The notes beneath the pieces were generated by a model, which made no database searches, had not been told where the DNA came from, and worked only from the letters and a program-made list of their open reading frames with translations. The position numbers and the translations under genes were made by a program. A stretch of 61,213 bases of DNA from Patescibacteria group bacterium (GTDB lineage: Bacteria > Patescibacteriota > Minisyncoccia > RBG-13-40-8-A), in NCBI GenBank assembly GCA_018829905.1, contig JAHJST010000005.1, positions 1 through 61,213 of the forward strand. Reading direction: 5' to 3'. Shown here piece by piece: positions 7,180 through 15,952 of the stretch. Positions within the stretch are counted from its first letter, which is position 1. The number at the start of each line of letters is the position of its first letter.

Positions 7180-7453
7180 AATCAATCTTACATATTCTAT
7201 CTTCAAAAATCCAATTATCTAAATAATACATTGTGTAAACTAATTCCATATAATATATAATCTCTATTTTTTTGTACTTTTACTATAGCAAATCTTAATT
7301 CAGAAACAACTTTCTGTCTTTCTTTATAATAAGCAATAATCCTACACATGTTACAGCTCGCACATTCACACAAGATAGCCAATAAATATAAAAACCGTAT
7401 CAAGAATAGTATTTATAATATTAATAAACTAATTATTATTTTCATCTTTTTTA

Positions 7454-8116
7454 CTATATAAATTTTAAAATTTCCTTTAAATCTTTTTTATCAACAACAA
7501 CATTTGCTTTTTGCTTAACTTCATCACTCTTAGAATTAAAAGCAATAAAAAATCCAGCTTCTTCTGCCATTGGAATATCTGTAATAGAATCTCCAATAAC
7601 TGTTACATTTTCTTTAGATAAATTCAATTCTTTCATTTTTTCTTTTAAAATATCAACTTTTATAAATCTATCTATTTTTCTGAAAATTTTACCAGTAGCT
7701 ACGTTATCCTTAAATTCTATTTTTAAACCAAAAACAAAATCTAAATCAAGAATATCATTCAATGCATCAAGAAGAAATTGTGGGCCTGAGCTTATTGCTC
7801 CAACTAAAAATCCTCTTTTTTTTATTTCACGAATAATATTCTTAGCGCCCATCATTAAATTTTTATTACAATAATCAATAGAAATCTTGGTAAATTCTTC
7901 TCTAGAAAAACCCTTACATAATTCTACCAAATTTTCTAATCCCCACGGACCAAGATGTTTTCTTTTTTGATATTCTTCATTTATTTTATTAACATCTTCT
8001 TCTTTCCCAAGAAAAGTTAAAATGTCTTTAAAACCACCAAAAACAACATTCAATAAAACACCTTCGACGCCGAAAAAAACCAATTTAGATTTTCTATTTG
8101 TAATTAAAGTTTTCAT
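7454..8116 (-). CDS. HAD-superfamily (phosphoserine-phosphatase-like) protein with a degenerate motif I
   Basis: Motif II-like VGAISSG and motif IV GDSITDIPM are present. Motif I reads VFFGVEGVL instead of hhhDxDxT. Start placed at ATG 8116; the track start at 8155 is TTG. Confidence 0.6.
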   Translation of the reverse strand: MKTLITNRKSKLVFFGVEGVLLNVVFGGFKDILTFLGKEEDVNKINEEYQKRKHLGPWGLENLVELCKGFSREEFTKISIDYCNKNLMMGAKNIIREIKKRGFLVGAISSGPQFLLDALNDILDLDFVFGLKIEFKDNVATGKIFRKIDRFIKVDILKEKMKELNLSKENVTVIGDSITDIPMAEEAGFFIAFNSKSDEVKQKANVVVDKKDLKEILKFI

Positions 8117-8151
8117 AATTTTTCTACTAATTAACCAAAAACCATATAATA

Positions 8152-8913
8152 TCAATCATTTTGCTTTTTTTTACTAAAGGCCTCAAATGCTCTTAATATT
8201 TCTAATGGAACAGCAAAAACAATTGTATTTGATCTATCAGAACTAATATCATTAATTGACTGAAGGGTTCTTAGGTGTAAAGCGCCTGTTTTTTCAGAAA
8301 GAATACCTGCTGCTTTAGCCATATTTGTTGCTGCAGCAACTTCACCTTCAGCTTTAATAATTATAGCTCGTTTTTCTCTTTCTGCTTCTGCTTGTTTTCC
8401 AATTGTTCTTTTCATTCCTTTTGGTAGAGTAATATCTTTTAATTCAACATTATCAACCTTAATACCCCAAGGATCACTAGCTGTATCAATAACGCTTCTA
8501 ATGTCTTCAGAAACTTTTTCTCTTTGTGAAAGCAATTCATCTAAATCAACTTTACCAACAGCATTTCTCATTGTTGTTTGAGCTAGTTGAGAAATAGCAT
8601 AAAAAAAGTTCTCAACCTCTAACATAGCTTTATCAGCTTCATGTACTTTGTAATATATAACAGCATTAACACTAACAGACACATTATCTTTTGTAATTGC
8701 TTCTTGGCTAGGAACATCTACTGCCTTTGTTCTTATATCTACTCTCATATAACTTTGAAATACCGGGAAAACCAATCTCCATCCTGGTTGCATTAAACCA
8801 ACATATTTACCAAAAGCAAATTTAACTCCTTTTTGATATTGATTAATTTGTTTAATAGATCCAATTATTACAAGAATAATTGCTATTAATAAACCTAAGG
8901 TAAATGGATTCAT
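8152..8913 (-). CDS. SPFH/band-7 (stomatin/prohibitin-like) membrane protein
   Basis: N-terminal TM helix, SPFH core (VDIRTKAVDVPSQEAITKDNVSVSVNAVIYYKV) and an Ala/Glu-rich coiled region (GKQAEAEREKRAIIIKAEGE). Confidence 0.85.
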   Translation of the reverse strand: MNPFTLGLLIAIILVIIGSIKQINQYQKGVKFAFGKYVGLMQPGWRLVFPVFQSYMRVDIRTKAVDVPSQEAITKDNVSVSVNAVIYYKVHEADKAMLEVENFFYAISQLAQTTMRNAVGKVDLDELLSQREKVSEDIRSVIDTASDPWGIKVDNVELKDITLPKGMKRTIGKQAEAEREKRAIIIKAEGEVAAATNMAKAAGILSEKTGALHLRTLQSINDISSDRSNTIVFAVPLEILRAFEAFSKKKQND

Positions 8914-8960
8914 ATTTTTAATTTAATGATTACCTATATATTTTAAAACATTTATATATA

Positions 8961-9482
8961 TTATTCAATAGTGTATATAAAAATTCTACTTGTTTTTGTA
9001 TAAATAATTTCTGGTCTTCTCCAGTTTTTTATTCTAAAAGCATATGATATTACTTTTGTTCCTGGTTTTAATTCTTTATCAAATTTTTCCTTTAAAGAAT
9101 CTAAATAATAATCTAATAAATAACAAAAAATAACATTATATTCACTTAAATCTACTTTTTTAAAGTTTTTAAAATATATTTTTAAAGATTTGCTTTTAAT
9201 TTTAGCTAATAAATATGCCAACAAATTAACCTCATAACCAGTTAAATCTTTAACTCCCTGCTTTTTAAACATTCTTAATACTCTTGCATCGCCACATCCA
9301 AGATCAACAACTCTATCGTTTGGATTTAATTTAATATATTTATTAACTGATTCTAATTGTTTTTTAGTCAACGGAACAAAAGGAACACCCATTGATCTGA
9401 TTAAACCAATAAGACTAAAAAACAAAACAAGTGTAACAATTAATACAATTATCAAATCTAAAAAAATTAAAAACCAAATCAT
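8961..9482 (-). CDS. membrane-anchored class I SAM-dependent methyltransferase
   Basis: N-terminal TM helix, then GVPFVPLTKKQ...VVDLGCGDARVL (motif I). The architecture is reminiscent of FAM173-type protein-lysine methyltransferases (recollection). Confidence 0.7.
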   Translation of the reverse strand: MIWFLIFLDLIIVLIVTLVLFFSLIGLIRSMGVPFVPLTKKQLESVNKYIKLNPNDRVVDLGCGDARVLRMFKKQGVKDLTGYEVNLLAYLLAKIKSKSLKIYFKNFKKVDLSEYNVIFCYLLDYYLDSLKEKFDKELKPGTKVISYAFRIKNWRRPEIIYTKTSRIFIYTIE

Positions 9483-9517
9483 TATTTTTATTTAATATGA
9501 TTTAATATTAACATGTC

Positions 9518-9546
9518 TTGAAAAAAATACTAATATTTGGTAATAT
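9518..9546 (+). promoter_or_regulatory. sigma70-type promoter with extended -10 for small RNA B
   Basis: TTGAAA (9518-9523), N17 ending in TGG, TAATAT (9541-9546). Confidence 0.55.
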
Positions 9547-9552
9547 AAAGAT

Positions 9553-9623
9553 AGGATCTGGTTAATTGCATGAGACAACAACCCTAACTCCAACGAATGG
9601 AACGCAAAACCAGATCCTTTTTT
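9553..9623 (+). ncRNA. small RNA candidate B (approx 70 nt)
   Basis: Perfect 11-bp closing stem AGGAUCUGGUU/AACCAGAUCCU followed by a U-tract. The interior is CA/C-rich (ACAACAACCCUAACUCCAAC). It sits immediately upstream of the glycan operon promoter. Confidence 0.5.
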
Positions 9624-9624
9624 A

Positions 9625-9653
9625 TTGCAAAAGATAAAAAATTAGGATATTAT
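9625..9653 (+). promoter_or_regulatory. promoter of the plus-strand glycan operon, -10 box 7 nt from the ATG
   Basis: TTGCAA (9625-9630), N17, TATTAT (9648-9653), TAATATA, ATG (9661). No SD. Confidence 0.45.
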
Positions 9654-9660
9654 TAATATA

Positions 9661-11031
9661 ATGCGAATTAAAAAATTTATTCTATTATTAGGCGATATAA
9701 TCATTTTATATGCCTCTTTAGCAATTGCTCTAACTATTAGATATAGAGAGTTTGATTTAGGAACTTTTCAAAATCATATACTCCCCTTTTCAATTGTTTA
9801 TTTTGTTTGGTTGATTGTGTTTTTTATACACAATTTATATGATTTAGACACTGCTAAAAATAATATTGAGTTTTCTTCTTCTTTAATAAGAGGAATAATT
9901 ATTGGTGGTTTAATTTCAATTGCATTTTTCTATTTAATTCCTGGTTTTGCAATAAATGAATTAACACCAAAAACAAATCTTTTATTAACAATAATAATCT
10001 TTGTCTTTTTATTCTATGGATGGAGATTATTTTTTAATTTCTTAATTGGCGCATTAAAAATAAGAATTAATTTAGCTATTGTTGGATATAATCCACAAGC
10101 AATTGAATTAGCAAAAGAAATAATTAAAAATCCTCAATTGGGATATAGGCTAAAATTAATTGTTAAAAGTGATGATGAACCAATAAAAGATAGATTAGAA
10201 GGAGTAAAAATCATTCAAGGAATAAAAAATCTAAAAGGAATATTAGAACAAGAAAATATATCTACAGCTATTATTGCTCCTGAAGTATATAAATATCCAG
10301 AATTAATTCAAAACTTATTTGAATGTATAAGACATAAAATAGATTTTGTAAATTTATCTGAATTCTATGAAAACGTAACAAGAAAAATTCCTTTAACAGT
10401 TATTAATCAAATTTGGTTTTTAGAAAACATTTCTCAAAGAGATAGAAATGTTTATGAATTAGCTAAAAGATATTTTGATTTTATTTCTGCTTTTATTCTT
10501 TTAATTTGTTCTCTCCCCTTTTGGATTATTATTGCAATAATGGTTAAATTTAGTTCTAATGGTTCTGTATTTTATTCTCAAAAAAGAGTAGGACGAGGAG
10601 GAAAAACATTTAAATTAACTAAATTTAGATCAATGGTTATGGATGCTGAAAAATATGGCCCTAAAATGGCCAAGAAAAACGATAAAAGAGTTACTAAATT
10701 TGGTAGATTTATGAGAAAAACAAGAATGGACGAGCTTCCTCAATTATGGAACGTAATAAAAGGACAAATGAGCTTTGTTGGTCCAAGAGCAGAAAGACCA
10801 GAATTTCATCAAGAATTAAAAGAAAAAATACCTTTTTATCAAGAAAGATATTTAATTAGACCTGGTTTGTCTGGATGGGCACAAATAAAGCATGGATATA
10901 GCTCAACAGTAGAAGATAATTTTGAAAAAGTTCAATATGATCTTTATTATATTAAAAATAGATCATTTATTTTAGACACATCAATTATTTTAAAAACAAT
11001 TAATATTATCCTCAGAGGAGGAGGAAGATAA
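9661..11031 (+). CDS. initiating polyprenyl-phosphate glycosylphosphotransferase (bacterial sugar transferase family, WbaP-like architecture)
   Basis: N-terminal TM bundle plus a central domain. The C-terminal catalytic block reads KFRSMVMDAE...DELPQLWNVIKGQMSFVGPRAERPEF. Confidence 0.85.
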   Translation: MRIKKFILLLGDIIILYASLAIALTIRYREFDLGTFQNHILPFSIVYFVWLIVFFIHNLYDLDTAKNNIEFSSSLIRGIIIGGLISIAFFYLIPGFAINELTPKTNLLLTIIIFVFLFYGWRLFFNFLIGALKIRINLAIVGYNPQAIELAKEIIKNPQLGYRLKLIVKSDDEPIKDRLEGVKIIQGIKNLKGILEQENISTAIIAPEVYKYPELIQNLFECIRHKIDFVNLSEFYENVTRKIPLTVINQIWFLENISQRDRNVYELAKRYFDFISAFILLICSLPFWIIIAIMVKFSSNGSVFYSQKRVGRGGKTFKLTKFRSMVMDAEKYGPKMAKKNDKRVTKFGRFMRKTRMDELPQLWNVIKGQMSFVGPRAERPEFHQELKEKIPFYQERYLIRPGLSGWAQIKHGYSSTVEDNFEKVQYDLYYIKNRSFILDTSIILKTINIILRGGGR

Positions 11032-11041
11032 AATAAAAATT

Positions 11042-11911
11042 ATGAAAAAATCATTATCTGTTGTGGTTCCTGTCCACAACGAAGAAAAAGCGATTGAAAA
11101 TACAATCAATGATCTACAAACAGAATTAGATAAACTTAATTTAGAATACGAAATTATTGTAATTAATGACGCCTCTACAGATAAAACAAAAGAAATTTTA
11201 GAAAATATTCCCAATATAAAAATAATTAATCATACGCAAAACAAAGGATATGGCGCTTCATTAAAAAATGGAATTAAAAATGCAAAATTTGATTTTATAC
11301 TATTTTTTGATGCCGACGGACAACACAAACCAATCTATATTAAGGAAATGATAAAATATATGGATAATTTTGACATGATAAGTGGAGCAAGAATTGGATA
11401 CAAGGGACCAATTATCCGACAACCAGGAAAAAAAGTATTGCAATGGCTAGCCAATTATCTTAGTCAACAAAAAATTCCAGATTTAAATTGTGGATTAAGA
11501 ATTGTTAAAAAAATAGAAATATTAAAATTCACACATCTTCTTTGTGATGGATTTTCTTTTTCTACAACATCTTCTCTGCTTTTTTTGTCTGAAGGACTAT
11601 CTGTTAAATATGTGCCAATCAGAATAAACAAAAGAGAGGGAAAAAGCAAAGTAAGACCAAAGCACGCATTTGATACATTTATATTTATATTACGAGTTAT
11701 TGTCTTAACGTCTCCCCTTAGAATCTTTCTACCAATTAGTATTTTGCTTTTTCTAATAAGCGGAACACTATTAATACAAAATATAATCTACAAAAATATT
11801 GGCGATATAACCATTTTATTATTTATTTCTGCCATATTAATTTTCTTTTTTGGATTGTTGGCTGATCAAATTTCTGCAATTCGTAAAGAGATAAAAAATA
11901 AAAACAATTAA
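11042..11911 (+). CDS. GT2-family glycosyltransferase with C-terminal TM helices (polyprenyl-phosphate sugar synthase-like)
   Basis: LSVVVPVHNEEKAI, VINDASTDKT, FFDADGQH (DXD), and two C-terminal TM helices. Confidence 0.8.
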   Translation: MKKSLSVVVPVHNEEKAIENTINDLQTELDKLNLEYEIIVINDASTDKTKEILENIPNIKIINHTQNKGYGASLKNGIKNAKFDFILFFDADGQHKPIYIKEMIKYMDNFDMISGARIGYKGPIIRQPGKKVLQWLANYLSQQKIPDLNCGLRIVKKIEILKFTHLLCDGFSFSTTSSLLFLSEGLSVKYVPIRINKREGKSKVRPKHAFDTFIFILRVIVLTSPLRIFLPISILLFLISGTLLIQNIIYKNIGDITILLFISAILIFFFGLLADQISAIRKEIKNKNN

Positions 11912-11913
11912 AA

Positions 11914-13332
11914 ATGAAAGTTCTTCTAATTTATCCACATTATAGTAAAACAACAAATACATTTTTTAGATTTTTAAAAAATAAAATACCACCATTGGGG
12001 CTTTTATACATTGGCTCTGCGCTCAAAGAAAAAAGCCATGAAGTAAAAATAATTGATGCCGAAGAAAAAAAAATAGATTTAGAATCGTTAGGCAAATTAA
12101 CAAAAAATTATAATCCTCAAATTATAGGAATTTCAACTACAACTCCGGTTTTTAAAAGAGCACGAGAAACGGCAACATATCTAAAAAAAATCCTTCCAAA
12201 TGTACCTATTATTTTTGGTGGACCACATTTGGCATCGTTCCCAAAAATAAGTTTAGAATTTAAAGAGATAGACTATGGAATAATTGGGGAAGGCGAAATC
12301 ACTATTTGTGAATTAGTTGATGCAATAGAAAAAAAACAAGATCCGGGAAAAATTAAAGGAATAGTATTCCGTAAAAACAATGAAATAATTCAAACTGAAT
12401 CTAGAGAAATGATTCAAGATCTTAATAAAATATCTTTGCCAGCATGGAGTTTAATCGATATTAGAAAATACCAAGATATTATGTCAAAAAGAGATGCATT
12501 TGCTACGATGATTTCAAGTAGAGGTTGTCCATATAACTGTTTCTGGTGCGATCCAGAAGGAAGATTCGGAAAAAAATTTAGAGCAAGATCAGCAGACAAT
12601 ATGATCAAAGAAATTGACTTGCTTTACAATAAATACGGAATAAGAGAAATACTCTTTTACGACGATACTTTTACGGTAGACAGACAAAGAGTAATAGATT
12701 TTTGCAATACGATAATAAAACAAAAATTCGATTTAATTTGGGAATGTCGCACAAGAGTAAACCTAGTAGACGAAAAATTAATAAAATTAATGGCGAAAGC
12801 AGGATGCTATAGAATTAGATTTGGAATAGAGTCTGGCAATGAAAAAATATTAAAATTTATCAGAAAAGGAATTACCAAGGAACAAGCCAGAAATGCTATA
12901 GGTTGGTGCAAAAAATATAAAATCGAAATTTTTACTTATTTTATGCTAGGATTACCAACCGAAACGGAAAAAACAATGAAAGAAACCATAAAATTTGCAA
13001 TAGAACTAAATCCCGACTATACCACATTTAGTCCAACCATAGCCTTTAATAGAGGAAATGATCTTTTTAAATGGGCCGCCGAAAAAGGATTTATAGAAAA
13101 AGATTATTGGGAAAGATTTGTAAGAGGAGAAAATATAAGTCCATACCCACAACTCAAAACAGATAAATTAAAAGAAGATACTGTTCGTTCTTATTCTAAA
13201 ATGGCTTATAGAAAATTTTATTTACGACCATCTTTTGTCTTAAAAAAACTATCAAATTATCGTAATATAAAAAATCTAAAAAAATATTTATTAATTGGAA
13301 TAGCTTTTTTGTTTGGCAAAATAGAAGCATAA
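11914..13332 (+). CDS. B12-binding-domain radical SAM protein (paralog 1)
   Basis: N-terminal KVLLIYPHY...PPLGLLYIGSAL...IIFGGPH module, and the rSAM triad SSRGCPYNCFWC. Confidence 0.8.
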   Translation: MKVLLIYPHYSKTTNTFFRFLKNKIPPLGLLYIGSALKEKSHEVKIIDAEEKKIDLESLGKLTKNYNPQIIGISTTTPVFKRARETATYLKKILPNVPIIFGGPHLASFPKISLEFKEIDYGIIGEGEITICELVDAIEKKQDPGKIKGIVFRKNNEIIQTESREMIQDLNKISLPAWSLIDIRKYQDIMSKRDAFATMISSRGCPYNCFWCDPEGRFGKKFRARSADNMIKEIDLLYNKYGIREILFYDDTFTVDRQRVIDFCNTIIKQKFDLIWECRTRVNLVDEKLIKLMAKAGCYRIRFGIESGNEKILKFIRKGITKEQARNAIGWCKKYKIEIFTYFMLGLPTETEKTMKETIKFAIELNPDYTTFSPTIAFNRGNDLFKWAAEKGFIEKDYWERFVRGENISPYPQLKTDKLKEDTVRSYSKMAYRKFYLRPSFVLKKLSNYRNIKNLKKYLLIGIAFLFGKIEA

Positions 13333-13336
13333 AAAT

Positions 13337-14749
13337 ATGAAAATTTATTTATTAAATCCATCTTTTATAAAAAATTATGTTAGATCTTCAAGATGTACGT
13401 GGATACCTGTTGCAGGAAGTAATTGGTATCCAATTTTTTTAGCCTATGCCACTGGATGCTTAGAAAAAGATGGTTATAAAGTAAAACTAGTTGATGCATT
13501 GGTCGATGGAATCCCACATGAAAAAATTATAAAAGATATAAAAAATTTCTCTCCTAAAATCACAGTTATTTATACTTCAATAGACAGCATGGAAAACGAA
13601 ATTAAATTATCTGAAATGATTAAAAAAGAAATTAATACATTCATTGTTTTTGTCGGACCATGGTGTGCAATAGATCCAGAAGGAATATTAAAAAAATCTA
13701 AATCAATTGATGGCGTAATTCGAAGAGAATTTGAACTTCCATTACTTAATTTAACAAAAACAATTGAAAGAAATGCCGATCTAAGCGAAGTAAAAGAACT
13801 AACATGGCAAAAAAATAATAAAATAATTAAAAATCCAGACGGAGAATTTATAAATGAAAAAGGATTAAATGAATTACCATTTGTTACAAATATTTATAAA
13901 AAATACTTAAAAATGAAAAATTACCGCCAAACCAGTCTGAAATATCCTTTTGTTGATATGTTTACCGCACGTGGATGTGCCTGGGGTAAATGCACCTTTT
14001 GCCTATGGCCAAACACAATTCACAAAGGAGCACATTATCGTACAAGAACAATAGAAAACATCATAGAAGAATTGAAATCAATAAAAAAAGAATTACCAGA
14101 AATTAAAGAAATATTTTTTCAAGATGATATGTTGCCCAGAATTAGAATTCGTCAAATTGCAGAAGCAATTATAAAAAACAATCTAAAAATTACATGGTCT
14201 GGATACGCTAAGGCCGACCTAGACCTAGAAACAATGAAATTAGCAAAAAAATCTGGATGTAAATTTTTACATATCGGCTACGAATCAGGAATTCAAGAAA
14301 TACTCAATAATATCAACAAGGGAGAAATAGTTTCCGGAATGGAAGAATTTACAAAAAATGCCAAAAAATCAAGAATTAATATTCATGGAGATTTTATCTT
14401 TGGTTTGCCCGGTGAAACAATTGAAACCATTAAAAAAACAATAAAATGGGCTAAAAAATTAAATATTTCTGACTATCAATTCGTAGTGCCCCAACCACAC
14501 AAATCAACTCCTTTTTATAATTGGTTAAAATCAAATGATTATTTAACAAAAGATGAAAAAATTAATTATCCAAATTTATCTATAAAGGATCTCGAATACT
14601 GGAGATTTAGGGCCTATAAAAAAATTTATTTTAGCTTTTCGTATCTATCCAAAAGATTGTGGGAAGCTATTAAAAACCCGGCTGAAGGGACTAGATTACT
14701 AAAGGTTGCTTGGCGTGGACTACCCAAATTATTTAAAAAACCAAAATGA
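13337..14749 (+). CDS. B12-binding-domain radical SAM protein (paralog 2) with CX4CX2C spacing
   Basis: Same overall architecture as paralog 1. The cluster motif reads TARGCAWGKCTFC. Confidence 0.7.
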   Translation: MKIYLLNPSFIKNYVRSSRCTWIPVAGSNWYPIFLAYATGCLEKDGYKVKLVDALVDGIPHEKIIKDIKNFSPKITVIYTSIDSMENEIKLSEMIKKEINTFIVFVGPWCAIDPEGILKKSKSIDGVIRREFELPLLNLTKTIERNADLSEVKELTWQKNNKIIKNPDGEFINEKGLNELPFVTNIYKKYLKMKNYRQTSLKYPFVDMFTARGCAWGKCTFCLWPNTIHKGAHYRTRTIENIIEELKSIKKELPEIKEIFFQDDMLPRIRIRQIAEAIIKNNLKITWSGYAKADLDLETMKLAKKSGCKFLHIGYESGIQEILNNINKGEIVSGMEEFTKNAKKSRINIHGDFIFGLPGETIETIKKTIKWAKKLNISDYQFVVPQPHKSTPFYNWLKSNDYLTKDEKINYPNLSIKDLEYWRFRAYKKIYFSFSYLSKRLWEAIKNPAEGTRLLKVAWRGLPKLFKKPK

Positions 14750-15936
14750 TTCCTTTTGATTTTTTTAATAAAAACTTTATTTGTCCAGATTGCCTTAGTC
14801 GTTTTAAAAAGGAAATATCTTTAAAACTTTCAAAACAAGACTATTATTGTTCAAACTGTCAAAAAAAATATCCTATTAAAAAAATAGTCTATATTTTAAA
14901 AAATAAATGCAACCCCAAAAAATGTAAATTTGAATGCATAAAATCATGCAAAAAAACAGCAATAAAAAAAACCATTATTGAAGAAAAAGGACACTTTATG
15001 CTTAATGGAATAATAAAAAACATAAAAAACCCTGGAATAATTATTAAAGATAAATGTAATAATTGCCGTAAATGTATTAAAACTTGTCCGTTTAATGCGC
15101 TTATCGCAATTAACATACCAACATTCCTTGTAAACGAATATTCTAAAAATGAAGACACCACTAGAGATAGTAAAAAAAATAATTCGGAGATTTTTAATCT
15201 TCAATTACGAACACCAATAAAAGAAAACGAAATAAGACCAGCCTCTTTTTTGCTTTACAAAATTATTTCTCGTAAAATTAAAAGTAAAGAAGAAAATAAA
15301 ATAACCATAGATAATGGCAGTGGATCAAATTTGGCTAAATCATTTATACAAAATGAAAACATTCTTTCATTTGATATTCATACAGATCATAATGCATTCT
15401 ATCCGCTTGATTTGTTGGTAAATAGTGAACATTTACCAATAAAAAAAGAATGTGTTAATTCCTTTATTTCAGTTAATGTAGTCGAACATGTCACAAATCC
15501 ACTTAAATACCTTTTAGAAATGAACAGAACACTAAAAAATAATGGCGAATTAATAATTGCCGTTCCCACACCTTGGTGGCATCTTAGTAAATTACTTTCC
15601 CTGCATCACCACTTAAATTATATGATTCATATTATTAAAGGTCCTTTTAATTTTCTAAAAAATCCATTCAAAAATTTCAACATCTTTTGGAGTCATGAAA
15701 AAGACTGTAATCATGAAAACACAAAAGAAACATCTACTCTTATATCAGAAATTAAAAAATTTAACATTATAAAGTGGGAAAAATTATTTAATGATTCCGG
15801 ATTTATTATAAAAGAAAGAACTGGTGCTGGTAATATTTTCTCCAACAATATATTTGCTGGAAAAATAACAAGAAAATTAGGCAATTCTAAAAAATGTCCT
15901 ATTTTCTTAGTTTATGTTTTAAAAAAAAGAATTTAA
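14746..15936 (+). CDS. fusion protein: Zn-ribbon + 2x[4Fe-4S] ferredoxin-like segment + class I methyltransferase
   Basis: CPDC...CSNC ribbon; CNPKKCKFECIKSC and CNNCRKCIKTCP cysteine clusters; C-terminal VNVVEHVTNPLKYLLEMNRTLKNNGELIIAVP (Methyltransf_11-like). Overlaps the previous gene by 4 nt. Confidence 0.6.
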   Translation: MIPFDFFNKNFICPDCLSRFKKEISLKLSKQDYYCSNCQKKYPIKKIVYILKNKCNPKKCKFECIKSCKKTAIKKTIIEEKGHFMLNGIIKNIKNPGIIIKDKCNNCRKCIKTCPFNALIAINIPTFLVNEYSKNEDTTRDSKKNNSEIFNLQLRTPIKENEIRPASFLLYKIISRKIKSKEENKITIDNGSGSNLAKSFIQNENILSFDIHTDHNAFYPLDLLVNSEHLPIKKECVNSFISVNVVEHVTNPLKYLLEMNRTLKNNGELIIAVPTPWWHLSKLLSLHHHLNYMIHIIKGPFNFLKNPFKNFNIFWSHEKDCNHENTKETSTLISEIKKFNIIKWEKLFNDSGFIIKERTGAGNIFSNNIFAGKITRKLGNSKKCPIFLVYVLKKRI

Positions 15937-15952
15937 ATTAATAACATGCTTT

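Noticed and set aside
7215-7403. 62-aa ORF (MIRFLYLLAILCECASCNMC...)
   Set aside because: It has a TTG start, no RBS and no promoter logic, and it lies in an AT-rich spacer next to the sRNA terminators. It is probably spurious, although the CxCxxCxxC string was noted.
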